NCBI GenBank assembly: GCA_045837725.1
Contig: JBEWZL010000136.1
Location: 1 to 64,000, forward strand
Direction of reading: 5' to 3'
Source: Vermamoeba vermiformis
Taxonomy: Eukaryota
Length of the DNA stretch: 64,000 bases
In this document: positions 42,073 to 57,187 of the stretch, in pieces
How positions within the stretch are numbered: position 1 is the first letter of the stretch
How the letters are laid out: each line of letters starts with the position of its first letter
Made by a program: the position numbers and the translations under genes
Notes under the pieces: generated by a model
The model's database searches: none
The model's input: only the letters and a program-made list of their open reading frames with translations
What the model was told of the DNA's origin: nothing

Positions 42073-45000
42073 TTAGTTCGAACGAGATTGTTGTATTAAC
42101 GAGCTTGCATTTCAAGGCAATTGCCGAGCTAGGATTGGCAAAGCTTTTCGGTCAAGTTCAAAATTTAGTTATTTGATTCAAATTCAATGCTGTGATTGCT
42201 GCACTACAAAGCGTTATGAAGAGGCCAAATAGATAACCTCGCTTGGTATCATCTCGCATGTACGAGACGGAAAGCACCGCGACGTCCCGCATGTTTGAAT
42301 CTGCAATCTGTTTGGATATTGTGGGTAAGTAATTGGTATTTTTTGTTATATAAATGTTGCCTTCGTGTTAATTAGCGAATCTTAGTGAAATTTGTAATTT
42401 TCTGTCGAGTTGCAAGGAATTAATTAATTATTAAATCCGCTTTTTGTTTTCGTTTTCAAAAATAACGCTTACTTAATAGATTTTCGAGTGTGCGAATTAA
42501 TTCGTGTTATTTTAAGCGCATATTTATTCCACTACTATGCCCCTTCCTAAATTACTTGTTCGCAACCTGAGATATTTTTTTGATCTTGTTAGATTCATTA
42601 GCGCGGGAACTTATCTTTCGTTTACTTAGATGTGCGAATGACACGACAATGCCGTCACGATTAAATGCACATCCGGAGCAAGTGCCATCCACAGTCCAAA
42701 GAAAAGTTTTCTGCATTTTCGGGATCTACGACTCATTCACAGCCCACAATTATATTGCGCGCCTATAATTCGCTATCATACCGTCATACCAACTCTCGTA
42801 TCAACTAGCGGGCAAAGTGCGCTACGATCACGTGGTACAACGCGAAAAGATTACGAAAACAATTGCTGTGGATCTGATCCCACGCAAAACGAATCAACCA
42901 GCCATTGCAGCATGTTAAGCACCAGCCGAACTTTGATATATGCCAATGCTATTGGAGCTATTAGACAGTCGTTCAACCTTATTTGCAACTTTCGGAAGTT
43001 TGTGATTGGATCCAAGAGGCAGCGAGCGGTAAGTCATCTACGAATACAAATATATGCTAGGGATCGTATAGAAAAGTGGACTTGAAACGCGCTTAAATCA
43101 CAAAGATCTTTTGCACGCGCTATATTTTGCCCTCGGCCCGAAAAAAGTCTATTTTTATGCCACGGGACCCGCGAGCGCGATCCAAAACAAAATCAGTCCC
43201 TTCTCGGGTCCTTTATACGTTTATAATCAAGCCATTCTTTAAATTCGAAGTCGATTAATAAGGTCTGAAAATTAATCAGCAGCAAGTATTGAGGATTCAG
43301 ATCAAGAACTGATCGACTTAACTTTTGCGTTTGATAACGAATGAATTTTAAAATTGCTTGATTTGGGGTCTTATAGTCTAGCGGAATACAAACAAACCTT
43401 GTGCATAAGGAAAATCCCTTTGTGTATCGCCGCGAGATCTTGTGCTTTTGCGCGGTTAATTACACGTCAAATGACAACTAGGTCTTGATTGACAATAAAT
43501 TGCACCTCGGAGTACTTTTCAATTGATAAATTAATGTTGTATATTGCCTCGCGACGACTTCGGGTTTTGCAAATCGTCATTTTTCGAGAATGAAGCGGTT
43601 GAAGTTCAGATCAAGTTCATAACCTCGTAATTTAATAGGCCTGTGAGCGACTCACAATACGGAACTATTATGACTGAAGTGTAATGCTATGGTACTAATA
43701 CATTACCTACAGAGCGGAGGATCGCGTGGCCCCTCGCTGGATTGACCTTTTCCGAACAGATCTTCAACGGAGCTTGGCCCGGATGACAGTCAGGAATATA
43801 ATTCAATAAGTTAGGGTACGTTATTTGTCGTGTATAATGCTCGGTAGTCTTTCAGGGATTGTTCCCAGCAATTAACGTCATCTCTTATCAAAGCGGAATT
43901 ATTCACAAAACACTAAATATAACTGTGACCTTTTTAGGAATAAGGACAAGAATAGAAAAGAAGCGAATCTTAATAGAACTCTGTTAGTGCCACTCATATA
44001 AAAGAATGACCGTTTAATTACGGCTTCAAAATATCTCGTTCTAAGCTTCCAGCAGAGAAAACTGTTCGGAAGATCTTGTGGCCAGCACGTTTTTTACGAA
44101 ACGACTCGAAATTGCGGAGAAAAGTTCACGAAGCGGTACGTATATCCATCTAGCAATATAAGATTCGAAAGATATTTACGAACTGAACGACGGAAATTCT
44201 TATTCGTTTTTCTTTTCGCATCTGAGAAATTCATCGCGCGAGACAAAAGTCGACAACAGTAAAGTTAATCGCAGCAATTGATCCATTGTATTAACGTGCA
44301 GGGGATGGAGAAGAATTACCTTGCCCGAACGCTGGAGCACAACTGCGGCACACAAACCGGATCGGATCGCGCACAAGACTGGATCGCACTGGATCGCATT
44401 GAATGCAATTGAATCGCGATTGCCGGATATAGATAGGAATATTCAGAGCGCTTCCAATCTCCTACGCGTTTTAGAGCCCTTGGGAATGGATGGTACGGCC
44501 CAAGAACGTGCGGTTTTCCTGTTTAAGCAATTTTGCTGCGCTGCATCTTTTTCCCGTTGCACTCGCTAGAAGATTCGTTGCACAATTTTGAGCCGAAGAT
44601 ACTTTTACGGTCCCCTTACGCCACGAACGTGCGGCATCTAGATCTCGGTTACGTAAAAACAGCTGTCGCAGGCCAATTTATGCTAAAGCATACGCTATAT
44701 GAATCAGTGCATGTATCTAATGCATATGCGCGCTAATCGAAAGAATTAAAAGAAATCAAGAATTCTGCATCTGGTCTTCGACCCCGAAAATGTTCCACTA
44801 GTCACCCAAGCATTATATCAACACGAATAGCATTCCCTGAAAGTGCCGATTGACATTTGGCGTTTCAAAATCCATATTATTACATGACGAATGACAACTC
44901 GGTAGATCGGGCTCTCCGGAGAAACGATCACATTTTCGTTTTTCAGACCCCTTATTTGATTGGTCAATTACTTTTCGGGGTTGTATATCGATAAAATAGT

Positions 45001-45281
45001 TGCAATTAATACTGTTTTCTCAGCGGGCGGGAGTTTTCTCCGGTACTTATTTTGACCGTTTCGGAGGCTCGGGCAAAGTTGTTTCAAAAAATAACGCGTT
45101 GGTTGTGTGATCGACGGTTTTATATTATTGTTGAGAAGAGACGTTCCGGAATAAAAGACTTTGGCTCACACAGCATCAGTTATTCCGCGTTTCACGGAAT
45201 GCGCGCGCATAAAAAGATTTCGTTGCGCAACGTTTATTTTAGCATTTATTTTTTGAAACAAACAACACGCGAGACGTAAAC

Positions 45282-48200
45282 ATGCGTATCTCGCAATTTT
45301 TACCAACGTTTCTACTATTAATTGTTGCGTTAAGCAGTGTGACTTACGCATCTACTTCAACATCAAACATAGAACTTACGAGTCGCAGTAGAAGTTCCTT
45401 TTGGTCTCAATGGTTGTCCAACGCGAAAGATATTATCTTGGGACAAATGGGAATGCACCCACTATCAGTAGAAGTCAGCCGTAACACTTCATCTTCTAAT
45501 CCTCTCAACGATCTTAAACTTGATTTTTCAAACCCGACGGCGCTTGGTATGCCTGCCGATTGGGTAATTGACCCAGAATGCACAGTTCCAGGTAAATATA
45601 TTGTGAAATCAATTTTTAGAAATTTATTCTCACGCAATTTCGTTTAGAGAAGTGGTTCTATCGCACGATCGACGGATCTTGCAACTGGCCTCGTGTCGGA
45701 GAGACCCAATACGGTAAAGCAGGTACTCCTTTCTCAAGAGACGTGTTGAAGAGCTTTTACGATGACGGCGTAAGTCTTGATCTCACTTTTTGCCCGGAAG
45801 TTCACGCTAGTACTCACATCTGCATTTGTATTTAGATTTCAAAGCCTAGAAAGGGTCCTAACGAACGTACATTGAGTAACGCATTCTTTGCCAAGGTAAA
45901 TTTACTCAAGATCATTACGTTTGGTGCGCAATGTTTTAAGAGAATTCGCACAATTTTCCGCGGCCCAACTAACGCGATCCTGTTTTAGACTACCGAGGAC
46001 ACCGATTATGAGCATACTCCTATCTTGGTCGGCCTCATTGAGTTCGTTATTCACGATATCGCCTTCAGCATGTCTTCGCGTGAGCTGATCGAGGTCCCCA
46101 TCCCCAAGTGCGATGCTGCGTTTGATCCTCAATGTACCGGCAACAAGACTATGAAGGCTTGGAGATCTGCCCCTATGGAAGGCACAGGTAAATCGGTTTA
46201 TACTATTTGTAGCAACGAATCTTTTCGGTTCTCCCTGCAGTTAATCCAGACCCACGTGATACGCAAATTATTCCGCCTAAGAATTCTACTACTCACGATA
46301 TAATTTAATTTAAAGTTGTCCCGTCGCAATTAAAGAACTTACTTACGTATAATTATAATACGTAGATGCAATATTAACAAATTTACAATTCCGCAGGAAC
46401 CGACCCTTCAAATCCGCGCGAAACTAAGAACGGAGTAACCAGCTGGTTGGATCTGTCAGCACTCTATGGTAATTAATCGACAAGTTTATTATATTTATTT
46501 ATTGCAATTTTTGCTTTTGTACGAAGAGATACCAACCCAATTTTCTAAATATAGGCAGCTCTCCCGAAGTCGCCAAGAAGTTGCGCACGCACAAGAACGG
46601 CAAATTATTGACTCAAAAGGGCCCTGATGGCAAGGACTACCCTCCTTTCAACACCTTTAATATTCCTATCCTCGGTCATCGCCCTGGTGTTGATCCTACT
46701 AAATTGTTTGCTTTCGGAGATCCACGAGGCAATCAAGATTGGGTGAGTAATGTTTTAAAATATGACCGAGTGTACATGTTATATTTAATTCAGATTTGTG
46801 TGTTTAATGCAATTTGCAACGTACACTTTTCTATTCTGAAATTGAATTGAATGATTTTCCACCAAGATTTGCTATTTGCTTTATCGAGGCAATAAGATTC
46901 GCTCATATTAATTATATGGAGTTTTCGTTGCAGTAAACCCGAATTGCATGCTCGCAACAGAATCGCAATATTTACTCGATAAATCCAGATCTTTAGGTTG
47001 TGAACTGACCGTTAATTTTGTTGTAGTTGATCATCGCCGTCGAAACTCTATTGCTTCGTGAGCACAACCGTCTTTGCGACATTATTCAATCACAATTCCC
47101 GCTCTGGGACGACGAAACTGTTTACCAGTTTGCTCGTCATGCGCTCTCAGTAAAGTACCAAATGATCGCCAACTTGTACCAACAGGCGTACTTTACTGAA
47201 GAAATGCCCCGTCCTCATATTGGTAAGTAATTCCCGCTGACGAGTTAAATTTTATTTTAGATCTAATTTTTTGCGGCAGATGGAGTTCCGTTGTTCCGCC
47301 AGTGGCACGCTAAAAACGCTCTACAAATGAATGCCGTCACACATTTCCCTTTTTGGCCAGGTCTCGTCAACGGCAAGCCCGTTACAACTTCGCAAGAAAT
47401 GGCGATCGGTTACCGCTTCCACGAGATCTTGCCCACCAATGTCCCGCTCATCAATGAGACTGGCCAAGTGAACGGTACCTACAATGTCGTCAAGACTGCT
47501 TTCGATTCCGAAGGTTTCATTAAAGCCGGTCTCGAGAACGTGTTGCGCGGTATGGCTGGCGTGCAGATCCCCAACTTCCACACCGGCACGAGCGACGAGT
47601 ATCGCAACATGGTGTTCAACTTTGGAGACCCCTCTGAGAACGTCTTCTACGATCTCGTAGCTAAGACCATCACCCACGAGCGTGAGAGAGGTCTGCCTGC
47701 ATTCAACGACTACTTCCGCGCCTACACTGGCAAGCCACCAGTGCGCATCCGCAAAACTTTCGAAGAATTCACGACGAACCCCGTGTACTTGAAGGCCCTG
47801 AAAGAGCTCTACAACCACCCCGACGAAGTGGATCTCACCGTCGGTCAATACCTGGACGAGGACTACTTCCCTGGCACTACAGTCCCTCGCAGTCAGTTGA
47901 TCACGTCGCTGTTCTCGCTGTTCGGTCTTGGCGTCAGCGATCGATTCTCACCGGGCTACATCTCCGTCAAGTGTTTGCCATTCTTCGGCACGCAAACGCC
48001 GTTCACCTGCACACCGACCAATGCCCTCGAGTACTTGTTGTGGAAGCCTACTACGTTCCTTGGCTTCAAGGTGCACTGGTACGATGCGTTCTGGGCCCGT
48101 GAATTGAACATTGATGGTAAGCGGATGCAGTCGAAAGACCAGATGTAGAACTCGCTTCTAATTATTTTTTCTTCCATAGACTATGGTACCAGCGCTTTGT

Positions 48201-48415
48201 GGAGATTAGTTACCGATAATTCTGATGTTAAGTGCTTGCAAAAGAACCCTCTCTTCCCGATGGATCCCGTTACAAACCCCGTCGTTTGCTCGTACGAAGA
48301 ATTCTACCCTGCGACATGGCTCTTCACCTTCATCAAGGGTGGATTCTTCGCCTTCATCATTATCACTTCTATTCTTTGCGTCAGACCCTCTTTCAGACCG
48401 CAACAAGAGGAATAG
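45282..48415 (+). CDS. Secreted/membrane-anchored haem peroxidase-cyclooxygenase superfamily protein, multi-exon
   Basis: Signal peptide; YRTIDGSCN, LDLSALYG, GDPRGNQ, LREHNRLC, GYRFH, RERGLPAFNDY; C-terminal TM. Confidence 0.88.
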
Positions 48416-48617
48416 AAACTCGATCGGTTTGTTCAGATCGAGTTATCTAATTAGCAATCACACACAAAAAACTCATACAATTTTGGCGGTTGTATTTGAT
48501 ATCGTATGTATATATTTACAAATATCAACCAATGTAAATAAAATCGCACCGAATATTTATTAATTTCTTCGTGAAGCAGTTTTTTGAAAGTTGCTGATCT
48601 GATTACAATAGCTCTTA

Positions 48618-49796
48618 ATGGAATATCAGCCAGTAGATGCAACTGATTATTGGTCCAGCTTGCCTTCTGATATTCAGCAGGAGATCCTGTTGCGTTTACC
48701 AATTAAAGATTTGCTGAACGTTGCCGCCACCAACAAAATTACAACGGCAAATATTAATAATAATTATATTATATGGCGGGAGCTGTATAATCGAAGAGCT
48801 CGAGCACCTTCAGAGCCAGATGCTGTTACCAATTATTCTGATTCCGAATGGAAAACTCGTTACCGAGACATGTTTGGTTGGGTAAGAAACTATATAAATT
48901 ATGGCGCCAAGAATTAAAGAGTTTTTTCCCTTGTTTTTTCATCGTGACAACTCTAATCCGATTCTGTAGTCTCATCCGTGGAACTGCAACGTTTGCAATG
49001 GCTCCCCTATCGAGTGTTATGCTTTCAAATGCTTGCATTGCGAAGGTTTTACGTGCTGTCAAACGTGCTACGAGAAACACGGGCACTTTGAAAATCACGT
49101 GCTGCTCAAATATTACAGTCATGCATCGGGTCAGACCGCGATCAACCACAAGCTCGATGATCAGCGCGGCCATGCGTTAGTAGAGCCGGAGTGCTTCAAA
49201 TGTCACAAGGAGCTGCAATACCCAGTGCGCAGAAGTGCTACTGACGAGCGGATCTACCTGTGTGACACGTGCGTGACGAGCGCAGAGTTCTCACAGCACC
49301 GCACACATCGCGTGAAGTGCAGAGAGGTGTGCCTGCCCACGCATGTCAACAAGGCTGTATTCTGCTGCCTCGAGTGCACGCACTTGCACACAGTAGAGCC
49401 AGACAGCCCTGCTTGGCCCTATCAGTGCGTGACGTGCAGAACTACGCTGATACAAGAAGGAACTATTTGTGTCGACTGTCATTCGAACAGCGAAAAGATG
49501 GCCGAGCATCAAGACCACAAAATCATTCGTTTGCCGGCCGTCCGCAATCACACCGGCCATTGTGCTTGTTGCCGACACAACGCTCGCTTCGTGTGCTACA
49601 AATGTGCGGTAAGTTACATTGCCCATGGTGGTTATTCAACTAACTTAACTTGACTGGCTCTAAGGTGTGTTCTAATGAGGAGTACTGCGAGTACTGCGAA
49701 GAATTGGGCGGCTATCACTACGACGGCCAACACCCTAGCCTGGTCATCCCTCACCCGTGCTTGTACGATCAAATTATCGCTGAGCACAGCCAATGA
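48618..49796 (+). CDS. F-box protein with Cys/His zinc-finger repeats, multi-exon
   Basis: WSSLPSDIQQEILLRLPIKDLLNVAATNK; many CxxC and H motifs. Confidence 0.8.
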
Positions 49797-50571
49797 ACAT
49801 CCGTTTAAGTTACTACTGTTGGTTCTCTGGTGATGTCTCTTGTTCATGCAACAACAATATATCGCGGAGCACATTAAAAAGGTGTAGATCCAACAATTGG
49901 CTGGAGAGTGATGCAGTAAATGGCATTGGAAGTGCAGTGTGCATTCAGCTGATCGTTAATGCTCGACGAGATAAACGACGATGTGAGATTGTGGTGACAA
50001 TTATTGCTTGGTCAGGGCTTTGGAGGTCCGGAAACTCGCGATGATGAATTCGCAGGTTCCGCTTTGATATTGCCAGAGGCCAATGGTGGAGATAGGCCAA
50101 TGGCAAAATAGTAGTGGTACTTTGGCTTTTATTGGGTATTGGGTTTAATCGTCATCGATGATCAATCACCGCTCGCGCCAGTGGTGTCTAATGGTCCGTC
50201 ATCACCTGCAGTGTCCTACAGCACAACGGCGTCAACGAGTGATTATAATGCGTACCTTCTGACCAGCGGATCTCGTTGCCATTTGGCGCTTTGAAAATAT
50301 GTTGATTCGCGCGGTAGGGTAAGTAAGTTGCGAACAGAAGTTGCGATTTTGTCCTTGCGTGTTTGAAGAGAAGGTTTATTATATTACAAGGTAAAGGCTA
50401 AATGGCCCGTTCTCTCAAAATTAACAAAAACAAAATTAGATCAAGGTTGATTTTCTTTTCGAGCTTTGACCCAAGCAGCTCGACGAGCATTTTTTCTTAA
50501 ATAAATATTAAATATCGCCAATGAATACCGTATTGTTCTTTCATTGACGAGTAAGCCACGTAGATCCGTTT

Positions 50572-52849
50572 CTAAATTTCCATGACGCCTTTGATGGTCT
50601 TCTGAATGATGGTTTCTTTGACGACTTTGAATACGAATCGAATATTATCGCTGTCTATAGCACAAGTGAGGTGCGGGTAGATCACGTGCGGCGAATGGTT
50701 CGTTTCTAAGAATCGCGCTTTGATGTATCCGATCGCATTTTTGTAGTCGCATCCACCTTTCAAAAAATGTTAAAATATTATTCATATGATAGCAATATAG
50801 TATTCTTACCTGTATAGTTCTTAAAGCAAACGTTTAGATCGATTTTCTTAATTTTCTCTTTGAACAGATCGTCTTTGTTCAAAAATAAAATAATAGGAGT
50901 CTTCCTAAAATAGACGCTGTTGCATACTTCATCGAAGAGCATCAATGACTCTTTCATCCTACATAATATAAGATAATCAGACTCGAAGAACGCTTAATTT
51001 TCTAAATTAGGAAAGTTCGGTAACAGATCCGGCACCAAAAAATCGATCGTTACACGAGCTTAGTATCAAATATAACGTACCTATTCTGAGTCATATCTTC
51101 TCTTAGTGTCTGATCGTACTCTGATAGGGCCACGCAGAATATAACAGCCGTTACTGATTCGAAACAGTGAATCCACTTCCTTCGCTCACTTCTTTGACCA
51201 CCAACGTCCACCAGCCTAATAATGTCACATTAATTTTAATTTATATATTAATACGACTATATTCGGAATTTACCAGCGTTATTGGACTGAATTAAAATTT
51301 GATGAAGATCCATCCGCAAAAAAATCATAATATGTAATGAAAAATGAGCTCAAAAATATTATAAATATGATGTTATTAGCCTATTGTTGCCATATTTACC
51401 TGAAAGAAAAGTCTTCTAATTTAAACAACGCTTCATCAATACCAGTCGTGCGCACACGAGCGCGCAGGACGTCAGAGAGTGAAGGCACGTAGTCTTTGGC
51501 CATATATCGCTCTACATTGCTGAAAAAACTAAAAATAGAGAATTCATTAGTATTTAGACTCACAAGGTAATAATAAAAATTATTGTGGCATGCCGTAATT
51601 TTAAATTACTAAAAATCAACTAAAAAATATTTGCGCGAGTATATAATTCCGCATGATTATACAGGTCATATAAAGCTATACTCTATTATAGATAATTTCC
51701 CTGGAGCAAATTCTTTCTGCACGTCGCATCCGGAAATTTAGTTTTAAGTTTGAATTTGAAACTTAGCGGCAATAATAATAATAGGATAAACTTAATATAT
51801 AGCACTTACTAAGCAGCAGTATCGTTTAATTGATAATGTTTGTCGCGCGCTTCAAATGCAGTTCTAATGCCTTTGTCATTCCACAGCGTGAGCACCATCT
51901 TGCCGATCCGCTCGTCCCAAACATCGCCTGTGACTGGTAGGCTCAAGACCTCAGTTGCCATTGCCTAATTAGGAAGTTACGATTAGTTCTGATTTAATTT
52001 CGCAAAGAAAGATCCGCGAATAAAATTGTAAAATTTAGAAGAAAAGAAGAATGCCAATTTGTGTCACAACTGAATATTATAGTATTATTTTATACGATGC
52101 ACCGATAAAAAGAATCAAAATCGATAAAATAGTCCAATATTGGAAATTTAGAAAATATATCTTTTTTTGGATCGTGCACGTTGACAAATTGATAGCGATA
52201 TGATTAATAGCGCCGTTAATAGGACGTCGATTAAATAAATTTAAACATACATGCCTTATAAACAAAGCATACTAAACGTCAGATGCGTTGATAAAATTTG
52301 AATTGGATCGGCAAAAGACCGTTTGTGTTTATCGAAATTTGAAGTAAAAATATTACCGTATGATCAGCTTCTAATGGAATATTTAATTGTTCTGCTGCCT
52401 GAATGATTTGCTTCATCTGCGTGATCACATTTGAGAAGATGATAAACTTGTAATTAATAAGCTCTTCATTTGACCAAACTTTATCACCACTTTGCTCTGC
52501 TTGAAGTACTTTCATTTGTTTAAATATAGTACTCTTGCCAGATTCTCCAGGACCTAATTAATTGAAACTGTCAAAAAGCTGATTCGCAACTGAATTCGGC
52601 AGATTTGACACCGATTTATCGTCCATGGAATTAAGTGCATATATATCATGCATTAGAAAATCGTATCGTTGAAAGTAATCATTGGCAATTCAAAATCCAA
52701 TTTTTTGTTAAGCTCAACGATAAAATTAATTTACCTAATAATAATAATTTGACTTCCTCCGATAGCAATCTCCTTGCTTCATGTAACTCCCGTGTAATTT
52801 GCCTGTCTGCCGCCGTTTGTGGGGCCTCAGTACCACACATGTTGCCCAT
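50572..52849 (-). CDS. Heterotrimeric G-protein alpha subunit, multi-exon
   Basis: MGNMCG lipidation-type start, [35 protein letters not shown]. Confidence 0.95.
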
Positions 52850-53952
52850 CGCTGATGTAAAAATAATACAATTGATAATGAAGGATTATATACAGTATAA
52901 TGAAATAAATATGTGATATATATTATAGAGGTGATAAACAAATAAATAAACAAGTTTTTCGTCTCAGGCTGTGTTCATTTACGTGGACTGGAAGGAATAT
53001 AATAAAATTATCGCAAACAACCACTTGACTCCGCAAAGACTACAGAAACTGCAATGTATAGACTAAACCCTATCTACGTCTCCACAAGATTCCTGATTAT
53101 ACCTTTCAAGAAGTGCGGAGTAAATCCGAGAGGCAAAGATTCTTTTCTCGATCTTGGCGTGTTTCCGCGTGCTTAATATAACTACGATATACCTTCGAGC
53201 ATTGCCGTTTGGCTAGAGCGAGCACGAGACTTAATGGTCTTTGTCTCCATTGGAGACCACCGTTCACATTTTGCCAAAGATTTCAAACTGAAACAGCGCT
53301 TGCGTGGTCAACGCACTAATTAATGTTATCGCCCATAAGCATTTAGATACTATGATAGATTTAATATCACAATATTAAATTAAACTATTTTTGGTTCGGA
53401 TACAACGGGCCGACAGTTACGAATCATGGAAGCTTCCAAAAACCGTGATCCAGCTTCCATTTGCCCCGATGTGGTTGTATTCTAATCTTTACTTACTCCC
53501 GTAATGCTGAACATGCCTCGTATGAGATCAGATCGAAAGAGCTTTCCATAAGAAGTGTTGCTAATGCCATCAACAAGAGAACTCCTCTAAGGAGCTCTAT
53601 CTTGTAGCGGTCGTTATTTATTTGATAATAAATGTCAGTTATTGTTATTTTTAGGTTTTTTGTATGTAGATCCAGTATGATGATTGGAGAGGTTGTTGAA
53701 TAGATAGTGAATACCGAAACTCGTTGCGAGTTGAATATAAATCCAGAATGAATAGTGCCAGCATGATGAGGTAGGTAGCGGCTGAATATAGATGGCGTGG
53801 TGAGGTTTGTAGCAGATCGTCGCGGCGGGGTAAATCCAGCTCGAAATGGGATTTCAAAATCACTCCGAAGTGAACTGCGATGGTCTGTGTGAGGGTGTTG
53901 AATGAATAGATGATATGTAGATGGATAGATAGTTTGATGAAACGTCGTGCTC

Positions 53953-56900
53953 TTAGAACATGTTGAGCGGATGCAGCGGCAAGACGTTGAGGTCCAAAAT
54001 AGTAGTGCTGCAGTAGCGAGCCAAGACATTGATCTCTCGGCGTCGGAGGGCCTTCAAGAGCATTGCGTGAGCGGTAGTGGCCTCTTTGATGACATTGCGG
54101 TACTGCTCCTTGTCGAAGCAGAAGCGGCGTTTGGATCCGGGTTCGTGAGTCTCCCAGATGACAAAGTGAGATTGCTTATTGGGAGCATTGAGACCAACGC
54201 AATGAGAGCTCGATCTGATGCTGGGCGTGAGGTCCATTTGTTCCCACATGTAGCCGTTGTTGCTGTTATCGGTGTGGTAGTACAGCAGTCCGTTGAAGTT
54301 GTCGATGTTGCAACCACAGCACCAGTCGTCAATGATCGGCAGTGCACCGCTGTTGCCTTCAGCTGTCAGTTGCAAATGTGAGATCGATGCGCCGTTCTCG
54401 TTCGCCCAGATCGGGATGTCATCGACGTAGATCGTGGTCTTGACAAGGCGACCAAATTCTTCGCCTTCAGTAGTCGCGTCCAAGTTCTCTTCGAGGCTCT
54501 TAGAGACCAAGTCGACATCAACGCGAAGTCTGTTCACGATAGGGCGGTCAGAGCTGAACTTGGCACCGTGCGACATCCAGCCCATGGAGCCCTCGTAGTA
54601 CTGGAAATGTCTGTTGCCGTAGATCGTGTGGTTCCACAATTTGAACTCTACGTGAGGGTACTTGATCTTGAGCAGTTCAAACTCGGGCTCTAAAAGACAA
54701 GGCGATGTTGCTTCGGCTTGACCACTGGATCGAGCTCAGTTAGTGCCGCTTCAGAATTAATAGACTATTTCAACTACTTACCGACACATTAGGAGCGAGG
54801 TTAGCTTGGGACAGGTGTTCATAATATTAAGAATAATATCGAAGGAGACGTTGTTGCAGCTCCACAACTCAAGGCGAGTGAGGTTAGGATAGGCGCCAAT
54901 AAACGTTGAGATCTCGTTCTCGTGAGTCAAAGCAACCGTAGAGATGTTGATGCAAAGGTGCTCGATATTGGAAGCAATCTATTTTCAAATTTAATACAAA
55001 AACGGCGAAAATTAAATTCGAATCTGGCGCTTACTTGACCAATGGCTTTCAAAGCTCCACCAAAGTCTTCTTCGTTCGAATACTTCGTCAAAGACAACGA
55101 ATTCAAGCTTTTCCATGACTTGGCTTTGGCTAGGGAAGCAAGCAACATTTGGGCAGAGATGTTCGTTTGGGTCACATCCACGACCTCAAGAGAGCTCGCA
55201 TTATGGTTCTCGTTCAAAACAAGACTATATTACTTACGTTAGTATCGCGTTTAATCATATATCGCTCCAAAACTTACTCGACAAAAGACGGATCGCAAGC
55301 CACTCCGTAGATGTCAAGCTTTTGAAGTCGCTTGCAGTTCTTGACAATGTCGTTGGAAGTAATACCAATACCGATATCTTTGTTTCTCAGGCTCAACTCG
55401 CTCAAGCTAAATAAACAAATCAGATCCGGAGTTACAGCAGTGAGTTCAAGCGCGTGCAAACTTACTGTTCGAAGCGACTGAACCACTCGTTGAAGCCAGC
55501 CTCGAGCACGCCAGTACCCGAGAACTTGAACTTGCGCAAGAACCGCAAGCTGTTGGGGTACTTAGTCCAGTTGTCTTGCACTTCGCTCGAATCGCTGACT
55601 GAGATCGGGCATCCGTCGACAGTGAGGACTTTCAAGTGTTGGCAACCGAATATAATAGGATAGATATCGGTGACTTGAGGGCAGTGAGAGCAATCAAACG
55701 AGGTCAGCAGTGGGAACAAGCGGCCGATGAATGAAATGCCTGGTAATAGTAAAAGTTAACTCACGATCTAGCGGATCGCGCGACGGATCGCGACAGGTCA
55801 CACGATAAGTATACGATCTGTAATAATCTAGATGGAATTTTCGTATAAAACATTGCCGTATAAACTTCTGAACGTACCTTTGCTCGTCAAGCGTTCGCAT
55901 CCACTGACAACAAGCTTGGAGAGATTCGGAAACTTTCTTGGCGCTCCTTCGCAGAAAGCAACGCTGCAAACGTCACAAGGACTTTGCGGTGGTCGATAGC
56001 GTGAGCTTGATCGGCCTTGAGCGAGGTTTTTGACGAATGAGCTCAGCGGTCCGCAGAGGCTAGAGCACTGATCTGCATCCAAAACGTCTCGGCTAGGATC
56101 GCGTCGAGAAGGGTAAGGATCGTCGTACTGGTAGTACTCGATGAGGTCTTCAATATCTTCTGTTTCTTCTCTCTTGCGCTTCGTGCCATGGGAAGGGGAG
56201 CTGGGTGAACTTGCGCTCTTTGCAGCGAGAAGCGGGCGAATGGCAGTGTTTATGTACAAGGTCTCGAAGGCCTCGTCGGGGAGGTTGGTGCCCGAGAGGT
56301 AGAGGCGCTCGAGTCGTTCTAGGGATTGGATTATTCTACATATCGCGGCCGGATTGAGATTTGTTGAACTCAGATCCAGCACTCTCAAATTATTTACATA
56401 GTGCTCGTTCGTGCAAATGAAGTCTATGGTCTCTTCTTTGACGATGCAATCGCTTAGGTCCAAAACTTGAATGCTAGTGCAGATCTGAAAGCAGAACGGT
56501 AAATAAAAATACGAAAAAACGTTTGAATCCAGCAAAATGAATAAAAAGTTGTGGTTTCACTTTTTCATAATTCACATAATATCTGATGGTATAAATTATT
56601 GCAATTTGGAGAAGAGTGAATTAACAGTGAATTGCAAGGCTAATTACCTTTACCGCTCTGTCAATAGCTTCGGGACTGGGTCTTATAGTCTTATTCGCGT
56701 TTGATAATCGAAGGGTCGTTAGCTTTGGTGAAGCCAGTGCCAATAGAGCCCGGTCGTTGAGTAGATTTTGAAAAGCAAGATGCGTCATCAAGTTTTCCAC
56801 TAACTCTGTGGGCAAGAATTTATGCAATTGAGAATCGTAGCTTTGACTGATTATTTGGGTAAGCTTGGCAAGGCATTGATTCTTCAATGAAGCAATATTA

Positions 56901-57187
56901 GAGCTTTTATCAATTGAAATCTGATAATTGGTAAAGCTCGGGCCAGATCTTTTGAATCGTTTGTAATTTGAGCCGTGGCTTTTGACTCTCATTTTTGGTG
57001 ATTTTGGAGTCGTAGTGATGCTGGCCGTAGTGGTAAAGCTTGCGGTAGAACTGGGATGGAGTTCAGCGGATTGACTTCCGCCCAGCTGAACTTCCGAGAC
57101 TTGTGTTGTTAAACTCGTCGTTGTAACTAAGGAATAAAAGGCTTGTTTTCCAAAACAATAAAAAGGTGCAGTTCTGTTGTAACTCAC
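53953..57187 (-). CDS. Leucine-rich-repeat protein, multi-exon (5' end uncertain)
   Basis: Repeated LxxLxL segments (LRVLDLSST, LERLYLSGT, LSKLVVSGC) across ORFs 55274-57187. Confidence 0.7.

Noticed and set aside
42100-45250. Possible hidden gene or ncRNA in a 3-kb ORF-poor interval
   Set aside because: No convincing ORF, splice pattern, repeat or RNA motif seen; treated as the upstream region of the peroxidase gene
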